From an uncultured virus (IMG/VR IMGVR_UViG_3300009194_000004) (taxonomy: Duplodnaviria; Heunggongvirae; Uroviricota; Caudoviricetes), in the IMG/VR virus record IMGVR_UViG_3300009194_000004, positions 1 through 64,000 of that record: a stretch of 64,000 nucleotides of DNA. One strand, given 5' to 3'. Below, piece by piece: positions 56,847 through 64,000 of this stretch. The stretch's first letter is position 1. The number at the start of each line of letters is the position of its first letter. The notes beneath the pieces are model-generated. The model had not been told where the DNA came from. It saw only the letters and a program-made list of their open reading frames with translations, and did not search any database. The translations under genes were made by a program, and so were the position numbers.

Positions 56847-58385
56847 TTATTCGGCCCACCATGCCACTTCGTTATCGCTGCCCAGCGGACCACCGCCTGG
56901 CATTGCCAGCGAGATCTCTTCGTCTTTATCGACGTCCCATGGGATGGTGCCCACTTCTTTAAAGGGTAGGCAAACGTAGAGGTCTTTCTCGGGCGTTACC
57001 GTGTTCCGGTGTTTACCACGCTGGACCGTCAGGTAACTGGCGCCATTGACTTTGAGAATGTGAATGAAGATCTCCAAGTCAGGCTCCTGACCCAGACGAC
57101 GACAACCGTCGTAGTAACCTTTGTTGGCCACCACCTTAACGAAGTCCTCGACGTTCTCCCGAGTCAACTGCAACGCATCCGAGGAGAGCTGGTGTGGGGT
57201 GATGCACGCAATACCGCGCGGTGCACAGTAGTTACGGACGCGACGGAACAACAGACGAATGTCATCACCGGCCACCTTAGCATCAATGCCAGACTTGGAC
57301 ATCATGTTCAGGTAGTCGATGAACAGACCAACGATCTCATACCCATCGGCGTAGATACCATCCAAGAACCCGATCAACGACGCCACGGTAAAATCACTGG
57401 GGTCAAACCGATGCATTCGAACTTCGAACCCGGTTTCACGCAGACGCTCGGAGACATACGCGGATGCTTCTTCGACGTTGACCTCAGAGACCACCACCGG
57501 TTCGCCCGTATCGTTCTCCTTCAGATACTGGTAGATCCACATCAGGTTGTCTGGGATCTCGTTTTCGTAGGTGATGAACAACAGCAGTGGCGTTCGGGTC
57601 TCATCGCGCAGTTGCGGTTTATTGAACAGGGCAGCTTGAGTGAACAGAGACAGCATAAAGCCGGACTTAAAGTTGTGTTGCAAACCACCGACGGTACAAA
57701 ATTCACCACGACGTACCGCGCCAACTTTACCCAGCATCCGGTTGAACCCTTTCCAACCGAACTTCAACGCACCCTCGGTGGACAACGCCACCTTGACGTC
57801 TTTAAAGTGTTGCGTCAGTCCTTCCGGATCGCCAAAATCCATGGACCCCATCATCGCTGGGTGTTTTTGTTTGGTCCGGGCTTCCAGATACGGTTCCAGC
57901 TTGGAACCCATCTCCGTCACCTCGGCGGCAATGTCGTGAATGGCGTTGCGTTTGAACGTGAACTTGTGACTGTATTCTTTCAGGATAGAGAGGATGCGTT
58001 CGTCGTTCAGGTGTTGGTTCAGATTGGCCCGGTACGATTGGATGACCTTGACGACACTTTTCACGTCCGGATACTTTTCCATCAGTGCGTTCATCAACGC
58101 TTCGTACAAGAAGTTCTCTTCCCGACACGCGACTTGGATCTGTTGCAACACCTCAGCATCGGTGGGGAAGTTATCTTCGGTGCGGGTGTTCAACCACATG
58201 ACCGCCGAGCGTAATTCCAGGAACGTTTGACGACCATGGTCGTGATCAATGGTGGACTCGGGAATCGGAAGACTGTTTAGGATGTTCGACACCAGCTCGT
58301 TGGAAGGAGACGTCGCAACACCCTCACGGTGCTCCAAACACAAGAGAGTCGCACAGTTGATCAGCAGTTGTTTGGGTGAAAACAT
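56847..58385 (-). CDS. dnaB: DnaB-like replicative helicase (phiKZ gp118-like)
   Basis: Divergent Walker A GGLQHNFKS, IDYLNM, ITPHQLS, QEPDLE, QRGKHR. Confidence 0.85.
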   Translation of the reverse strand: MFSPKQLLINCATLLCLEHREGVATSPSNELVSNILNSLPIPESTIDHDHGRQTFLELRSAVMWLNTRTEDNFPTDAEVLQQIQVACREENFLYEALMNALMEKYPDVKSVVKVIQSYRANLNQHLNDERILSILKEYSHKFTFKRNAIHDIAAEVTEMGSKLEPYLEARTKQKHPAMMGSMDFGDPEGLTQHFKDVKVALSTEGALKFGWKGFNRMLGKVGAVRRGEFCTVGGLQHNFKSGFMLSLFTQAALFNKPQLRDETRTPLLLFITYENEIPDNLMWIYQYLKENDTGEPVVVSEVNVEEASAYVSERLRETGFEVRMHRFDPSDFTVASLIGFLDGIYADGYEIVGLFIDYLNMMSKSGIDAKVAGDDIRLLFRRVRNYCAPRGIACITPHQLSSDALQLTRENVEDFVKVVANKGYYDGCRRLGQEPDLEIFIHILKVNGASYLTVQRGKHRNTVTPEKDLYVCLPFKEVGTIPWDVDKDEEISLAMPGGGPLGSDNEVAWWAE

Positions 58386-58507
58386 GGTTGAGTATCCTAA
58401 GCGCATTTATGAAATTGTCGTATTATCTTATCATTGCGTAGTTTTTGGTGTCCCTATTTCTATGAGACTCACCGTATTCCCTTTCTTTCATGCTATAGGT
58501 AATCGCT

Positions 58508-59038
58508 ATGCCAGTCTTGTATGTGACGTCACCGGAGACGGTGGCCATGCTGGAAGCCGAAGGGTTGTCGCTGAAAACACTCGCCGATACCGATACTATG
58601 GCTCAACAGCTTTCGCCGTTGGACCTAGCGGAAATGGAGCGAGCGTTTCACGCCTTCCCTTTCAAAATGGATGCCGATCTCGGGATTGAATTGGCACCAC
58701 CCCCATTGCAGCGCCTTGCTGTGAGCGGGGAACATGAAGATGTAATGTCCCGTGTTCGTGAGCGTGTGGAGACCGAAAAACTCAAGGAGTCGGTCGATGG
58801 AGGAAAGTTTACTCCTGTATACACCCTCAATCCTGTAGACGAGAATACTTGGGTCGCGGTGCAGCAGAGGTTGCACGATTCTGGTACCGATCCTTCAAAC
58901 TCGCTGCTCTCGTCTAATCAGGGTTTCTTTGATTCCCTGATTGCCCAAGCGTTGCACGCACACTCCTTTGAAAAGGTAAGTGCCAGCAACATTTTCCGTT
59001 ATTATCTGGAATCACTCCCGCAGCGTAAGTCTGCGTGA
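58508..59038 (+). CDS. Virion protein (phiKZ gp119-like)
   Basis: 176 aa directly upstream of the major capsid gene. Confidence 0.7.
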   Translation: MPVLYVTSPETVAMLEAEGLSLKTLADTDTMAQQLSPLDLAEMERAFHAFPFKMDADLGIELAPPPLQRLAVSGEHEDVMSRVRERVETEKLKESVDGGKFTPVYTLNPVDENTWVAVQQRLHDSGTDPSNSLLSSNQGFFDSLIAQALHAHSFEKVSASNIFRYYLESLPQRKSA

Positions 59039-59102
59039 GTGTGTACCTGATGATATGCTTACATAGCAACCAATTCCGTTTCTCCTACGTAGGGTATTTC
59101 AA

Positions 59103-61382
59103 ATGGATAATCTGAAGAAACTGTTTTCCGATCGCCACGACGCAATGAAAGGCGATTTCGAACTGACTGAATTTGTGGCCTCCCTGGAATCTGCTGGCGA
59201 CGTCGTCGGTGGTCCCATGGCCGTATCTCGTGAGCTGGCTGCTCGTGTTTCCACCGAGTCTTTCGGTGAGATGGACCAGGAGTCCATGCACAGCTGTCGC
59301 GAACTGTACTCTTCTCTGGAAGACACCCTGGAGCGTCTGGGCTTTGAAAGCTTCAACGCCAAGCGCGGTGCCGACGCTTCCCGTATCGGCGAGAACCAGG
59401 TTCTGGCGGCAACCGTTGCCAACATCGCTTCCGGCGACGAAGTTCGCTACAAGAAAGCCCTGCGCGGCATGACCAGCGCTCCTCAGTCCAACAACCCGAA
59501 CGTGGTTAACTTCAACCCGATGGTTGAAGGTCCCAACGGTAACATGCCGGTACTGGCCGAAGGTCAAGGCCTGGAAAACTACAACGAGAAGTCCCAGCGT
59601 GATTTCCGTGTGGTTTCCGTTGCCTACAACCTGGCTGCTGCTCGTCAGGACGCGTTTGGCGAAGCCATCTACCCGACTGTGGTTGTGAACCCGACTGAAG
59701 GTGGTGTTACCCAGAACCTGACCTACGCTGCCGTTCTGAAGGACGTGTTCCACGAAGTTACTGGTGCCCTGTTCGACACCCGTGAAGTGAACATGGTTGA
59801 AGCCTTCCGTGACCCGGCCGTTCTGGAAGACGCCAGCACCAAGCTGGTTCCGGTAGTTGACGAGAAAGGCACCAACTCTGACGTATTCGTTGCCGACACC
59901 ATTGTGGCTCCGAAGACCATCGAACTGGACCGTGGCGGTTCTGTTGAAACTGCACCGCTGAAAGTGGGCCACAAGTTCGACCTGATCGGCGTTTCCAACC
60001 GTCAGCAGCTGATCGCTGGCAACCTGCTGGACAGCTCCGACACCATCGATCCGGCCATGCGTCTGAAGAACCTGTACGTTCAGACTGGCGGCACCAACAA
60101 GAAGGTTATCCGCTTCACTGTTGAGCGCATGCCGACTGCTGTGTTCCAGCCGAGCCTGACCAACGACACCCGTATCGCTCAGCTGAACTTCACCACCGAA
60201 GACATGGTTGTGAAGGCCGGCACCAAGGCGGTTGACGGTTCCACTGGCGCTGAGCTGGACGAAATCGCTTCCCGCGAATGGACCCTGCGCCTGAGCGTTG
60301 GCGTATCCGGTTCCGTGAGCCTGTCCAAAGGTGACACCTGGATCAACGCTACTCCGGTAGTGGTTGAGAAAGTACTGGACGCTGAAGGTACTGCTCTGAG
60401 CAAGAAAGACGGCGACGTTGCCACTCTGCTGAACGCCCTGGGCGATCTGACTGTTGTGGGTTACGACCTCGACGCACGCTTCACCAACACCAACCGTCGT
60501 GAGCGCGGCCAGCTGGTACAGACTCGTACCCTGCAGTTCCGCTACCCGGTTCCGATGCACAGCCCGATCACTCTGCCGATGTCCACCATGGACGAGAACG
60601 GCCCGGGCGACGTGGTGAAGACGCTGACTGTTGCGACCAACATCCGCAACTCCAACAACGCTGTAACTCGCCTGCTGAACTACCTGTCTCAGCTGCGTGA
60701 AGTGACTTCTTCCGGTTACGACCGTCCGAAGTTCGGTGCTGTTGAAGGTGCTCTGTCTGCCCTGATCCGTCCGACGTACCGTCACGCCAACCTGGACCTG
60801 CGTGAAGTCATCGACTCCACTCGCAGCGGCGAGCGTTGGGAAGACGTGTGCCAGGCCATCCTGAACACTGTGAAGAGCATGCTGTTCCCGGCCTACCGCG
60901 ACTCCAACATCGAAGCGGCTTACCAGACTGTAACTGGTAACGCAGATGAGCGTCCGAAGTTCATCATCGCGACCGACAAGGAAATCGCGCACTACCTGAT
61001 GCTGAAAGGCGACGACCGGACTCTGGGTGCTTACCTGAAGTACGACATCGTCTCCACCAACAACGAGCGTTTCGATGGCAAGATCGTCATCATCCCGACT
61101 CGTGAGAACCCGGTTGAGAACGACATCCTCAACTTCGGTCAGTTCTACTACGTACCGACCATCGTTGCGGACCTACCGATCAGCCGTAACGGCCAGATCT
61201 CTCGTGAGATCGCTGCCGTACCGTTCAACCTGCACGTTAACAACATTCCGTTTGCGATCGAAATCGACGTATCCGGTCTGCGTGACGTCATGGGTGAGTC
61301 TGTATTCATCAACAAGATCGGCTCTGCGGCCGACGCTGGTGATACTACAGCTGACAGCGGTGGCACCACTACTACTCCGTAA
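59103..61382 (+). CDS. Major capsid protein precursor (phiKZ gp120-like)
   Basis: 759 aa; GLE|NYNE maturation site; YNL.AARQD.FGE..YPT; FTNTNRRERG; NNIP; strong codon bias; terminator at 61409-61437. Confidence 0.92.
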   Translation: MDNLKKLFSDRHDAMKGDFELTEFVASLESAGDVVGGPMAVSRELAARVSTESFGEMDQESMHSCRELYSSLEDTLERLGFESFNAKRGADASRIGENQVLAATVANIASGDEVRYKKALRGMTSAPQSNNPNVVNFNPMVEGPNGNMPVLAEGQGLENYNEKSQRDFRVVSVAYNLAAARQDAFGEAIYPTVVVNPTEGGVTQNLTYAAVLKDVFHEVTGALFDTREVNMVEAFRDPAVLEDASTKLVPVVDEKGTNSDVFVADTIVAPKTIELDRGGSVETAPLKVGHKFDLIGVSNRQQLIAGNLLDSSDTIDPAMRLKNLYVQTGGTNKKVIRFTVERMPTAVFQPSLTNDTRIAQLNFTTEDMVVKAGTKAVDGSTGAELDEIASREWTLRLSVGVSGSVSLSKGDTWINATPVVVEKVLDAEGTALSKKDGDVATLLNALGDLTVVGYDLDARFTNTNRRERGQLVQTRTLQFRYPVPMHSPITLPMSTMDENGPGDVVKTLTVATNIRNSNNAVTRLLNYLSQLREVTSSGYDRPKFGAVEGALSALIRPTYRHANLDLREVIDSTRSGERWEDVCQAILNTVKSMLFPAYRDSNIEAAYQTVTGNADERPKFIIATDKEIAHYLMLKGDDRTLGAYLKYDIVSTNNERFDGKIVIIPTRENPVENDILNFGQFYYVPTIVADLPISRNGQISREIAAVPFNLHVNNIPFAIEIDVSGLRDVMGESVFINKIGSAADAGDTTADSGGTTTTP

Positions 61383-61408
61383 GCTTTGACTTACCGTAGC
61401 TAGTGCAC

Positions 61409-61443
61409 AAAAAGGCGCCCTTCGGGGCGCCTTTTTTATGTCG
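61409..61443 (+). terminator. Intrinsic terminator after the capsid gene
   Basis: AAAAAGGCGCCC-ttcg-GGGCGCCTTTTTT. Confidence 0.9.
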
Positions 61444-61502
61444 TTCAAGGAATTACTCATGGTGGTGATACTATACACCCAAGCAAACACAAGGAACGAA
61501 TC

Positions 61503-62153
61503 ATGACCGAACAAGATTGTACTGTTGAAGCCCATGTCCCGACTTTGAAAGAACGCTTCAGTGATTGGTGCCGCCGTACCTTCTCCCGACGGGACAATGA
61601 CTCCGAAATGACGTCCCACGCCATGCGGGAATTGACCCAAGCAGGCTTCTTTGATATCGACAGCGACTACGTTGGCATGTTGGGTCCTGCGGTACTGCGT
61701 TTGATCCAAACTCACGCCAAAGAGAACCACAGTGGTTTCTCCTCGTCGATTGCAGTGTCGCTGTTTGACCGGCTGGTGCAAGGTGAACCACTGTCGCCCC
61801 TAACGGGTGAAGAGAAAGAATGGAGCGAATGGTACGAGGGCGAACTCCGACAAAACCTGCGTTGCAGTAAGATCTTCCAACGTAAAGATGGAACCGCCTA
61901 CACGCTGGATGCGGTGATCTTCATTGACCCCAATGGCGCGTCGTTTACTTCCAAGGACAGTATTCGTGACATCCAGTTCCCGTACATGCCTCCGGCTCGA
62001 CCGGAGTACCAACACAACCCACCCAAGGAAGTGATTCCGGAGAATCCGGTTAAAGGTACCGAGTTCATGTATAAAGGAGAACACTGGATCTACGATGGCG
62101 AATACTGGGTCGATGCTGACGACTACCACGGACCCACGGTGATCAGGAGTTAA
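61503..62153 (+). CDS. Conserved phage hypothetical protein
   Basis: AAGGA SD; HSG.S...LF.RL...PLSPLTG...EW...QN.RCS.IF pattern recalled from phage hypothetical proteins. Confidence 0.75.
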   Translation: MTEQDCTVEAHVPTLKERFSDWCRRTFSRRDNDSEMTSHAMRELTQAGFFDIDSDYVGMLGPAVLRLIQTHAKENHSGFSSSIAVSLFDRLVQGEPLSPLTGEEKEWSEWYEGELRQNLRCSKIFQRKDGTAYTLDAVIFIDPNGASFTSKDSIRDIQFPYMPPARPEYQHNPPKEVIPENPVKGTEFMYKGEHWIYDGEYWVDADDYHGPTVIRS

Positions 62154-62177
62154 CTTTTACTCGGTGGGTTATAGTAT

Positions 62178-62447
62178 GCCAGTAACGGGTTTGCCTGCCC
62201 TGCATCGTTGACCTCGCCCGTTACTGAGACCCCTGTGATCCAGTCACAGCTTTACGACAAACGGTGGAAGCACTGGAGTACCACCAAAGGGCAATGTTGG
62301 CTTTTCATAAATGTCCTCTTCACTATAGGACTGCCGATAACTGCCCCGTGAGTTGGGAGCCTGACCCAATGCCTTCGAGCAATCGAAGTGCAAACCCTGC
62401 ACGGGGCAACCTATTCCAAACTCCCCTCCCCAAGTGGGAGGGGTTTA
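62178..62447 (+). ncRNA. Candidate ~270-nt structured non-coding RNA
   Basis: TATG motif at 62175-62178, at least 7 helices including 10-bp and 9-bp perfect stems and a GNRA tetraloop, and its own terminator at 62423-62447. Confidence 0.6.
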
Positions 62448-62474
62448 TGTTTCCCATCCCACGCAATTTAACCT

Positions 62475-62493
62475 CTATATCACTTAGTTGAAT
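62475..62493 (+). promoter_or_regulatory. Putative early phage promoter
   Basis: CTATATCAC-ttagt-TGAAT. Confidence 0.75.
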
Positions 62494-62527
62494 CAAACCA
62501 ACCCAATCCAACAAAAGGATGACACAA

Positions 62528-62976
62528 TGATCAAAGTTACTTCAGTTGACCCAGTGATCGGTACCAACGAACTGACCAAAGACGACATCATGTACGTCGA
62601 TACACATTGGTCAGAAATCGACGGCATTCGCTTCGTGGGCAATCGGTCCGATCTTGAACGGGCCAGTCTGCCTGTTCTGGAGCCGGTAAAGGTCGGCGAT
62701 CGGTTCTACGGTGTGACAGTGCAGGTCCATTGGTCCGGTATGGTCGAATTCTGGTTCCATGCGGCGGATAAAGAAAACACACTGCATCTGGCCAAAGCCC
62801 TGGCGACTCAAAAGAAGTTGATTACAACGGTCACACACTTGGCCCGCATCTTGGTCCGTTTCGACCGTGACGGTTCAAGAGTGGGTGAAGTCGATACCTT
62901 GGATCGGTTCTATGAGAACTTGGACCCGAAACAGCTCGACTACTCCACGTTCACTGGTGATATGATTCCGACATAG
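62528..62976 (+). CDS. Hypothetical protein (start approximate, MIKVTS)
   Basis: AAGGA SD before MIKVTS; terminator GGGAGGGC-tacg-GCCCTCCC plus T-run at ~62988-63017. Confidence 0.7.
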
Positions 62977-63066
62977 TCGGAATACCGGGGAGGGCTACGG
63001 CCCTCCCTTTTTTTTTTCATCCCATTTTATTTCAAATCTACATTATAAAGGAGAGTAACGACCCAC

Positions 63067-63723
63067 GTGGAGTACCTCCTTATGTTTGACATCGAAGAGT
63101 TGGGCCGACGGGCCTACCTTCAGGAGCTTCAGTTTCCTGAAGTGCATCGTAAAACCAAAACCAAACGCAGTGGTCGGTATGTTGTAACTACGACCACCTA
63201 CACCGCAACGTTCAACGATCACGAGACCGCCGACATTCTGGTGGACAACATGCCCGACGTTCCGGACTGGGTGAAAGAAGACTGGTTCAGTCAAGACCAT
63301 CCGGTCCGGGTGGCTGTGAAGGTCGAAGAAGAAGTAGCCGAAGGCGAGGAGATGCTCGCCCTCTTAGACCAAATGAAAAGCGGTGGTGCCGCTGATCTAC
63401 TCTTGGGCTTTTACAGTCACCGAAACGTGCAGTGTACGCACGAAGACAAAGGCGACAATCCAGAGGTCACGGCACTTCGAAAGGCATTGCAGGACGCCAT
63501 GGCACCAAAAGGAGCGCCCCGACAAAAATTGTCCCGGCGGGCAGGGAGTGAAGCAACCCCCAAAGCCTGTCCGCCGGAGCAACACCATTCGGGGGGAACG
63601 CAGTGTCAACGGAAAGGTCCGGAGAACCGGACGTCAAAAAGGTCGGGTGGTCATACGCCCGGGAAAGCGATACCACACGTGAGTCTGAGTGTGGTGTCGG
63701 TGGAGACTCAATCAATGCAATAG
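63067..63723 (+). CDS. Hypothetical protein
   Basis: AAGGAG SD; N-terminal two-thirds is coding-like, C-terminus low-complexity. Confidence 0.6.
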   Translation: MEYLLMFDIEELGRRAYLQELQFPEVHRKTKTKRSGRYVVTTTTYTATFNDHETADILVDNMPDVPDWVKEDWFSQDHPVRVAVKVEEEVAEGEEMLALLDQMKSGGAADLLLGFYSHRNVQCTHEDKGDNPEVTALRKALQDAMAPKGAPRQKLSRRAGSEATPKACPPEQHHSGGTQCQRKGPENRTSKRSGGHTPGKAIPHVSLSVVSVETQSMQ

Positions 63724-63732
63724 GGGATAAGA

Positions 63733-64000
63733 ATGGGACGGTTGAACCACATCTTCCCGTCGCTAGTGTCAGATGTGGTGCCACGACCAGCCACAACCAA
63801 GCCTGGGTTGAAGCATACCTGTGTGCAGTACAGCATGCATAGTACCATGCGCTCGCCGATCTTCTGGCGGAACGCACTAGGGATTGTGGTATGCGAACCC
63901 GGAGCCTTATCGACAACAGCGGACGAGTATTTTTACATTACGATCGAGTACGAATTCGACCCCGGTGTAAAAATTGACTCGCGGGAGTTATTGTCTGAGT
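63733..64000 (+). CDS. 5' part of a gene running off the window (possibly phiKZ gp122-like)
   Basis: ATG 63733 after AGGGG; frame MGRLNHIFPSLV...IFWRNALGIVVCEP...FYITIEYEF is open to the end. Confidence 0.6.
   Translation, partial: MGRLNHIFPSLVSDVVPRPATTKPGLKHTCVQYSMHSTMRSPIFWRNALGIVVCEPGALSTTADEYFYITIEYEFDPGVKIDSRELLSE

Noticed and set aside
56572..56979. 135-aa ORF from the track
   Set aside because: Crosses a terminator and overlaps dnaB; two smaller ORFs in other frames fit the spacing and SD signals better
59085..60992. Long antisense ORFs (also 57009..58214, 19917..21110, 40506..41675, 35742..36812 and others)
   Set aside because: Shadows of strongly codon-biased genes on the opposite strand; no SD or recognisable motifs
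1..64000. Stop-codon reassignment or CRISPR array
   Set aside because: Core genes are full length in the standard code, and TAA, TAG and TGA all end genes; no regularly spaced direct repeats seen

Overview
A 64-kb segment of a phiKZ-related jumbo myophage genome (Chimalliviridae-like, probably nucleus-forming). Gene order follows the phiKZ core block from about gp67 to gp122. It runs from the non-virion RNA polymerase subunits (gp68-like, gp71/73-like, gp74-like), a PicA/Imp1-like gp69 and an SF2 helicase, through the virion RNAP beta' C-terminal subunit (gp80-like) and the exonuclease half of the split family-B DNA polymerase (gp82-like). A large head/baseplate structural cluster follows (gp83-gp101-like), then the DnaB helicase (gp118-like) and the major capsid protein (gp120-like). 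Accessory early-gene islands are interspersed. phiKZ gp numbers come from synteny plus recalled motifs, not from a database search. Two selfish elements are resolved to the base: a group I intron (5160-6504) with an HNH endonuclease in its P1 loop, and an Ala-start class-3 intein (9929-10972) in the helicase Walker A motif. The most notable observations not explained by the ORF track are as follows. (1) Two apparent programmed -1 ribosomal frameshifts on the minus strand: T_TTT_TTT joins the gp77-like and gp76-like ORFs, and A_AAA_AAG joins the PolB exonuclease subunit to a start-less NADAR-like domain. (2) A ~270-nt highly structured candidate ncRNA at 62178-62447 and a smaller one at 23978-24108. 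(3) An Acb4-like (Phage_gp49_66) nucleotide-sponge candidate inside the virion operon. (4) A bipartite early promoter motif, CTATATCAC-N5-TGAAY, and a hairpin+TATGYCG terminator-associated motif. No CRISPR array, tRNA or rRNA was seen.
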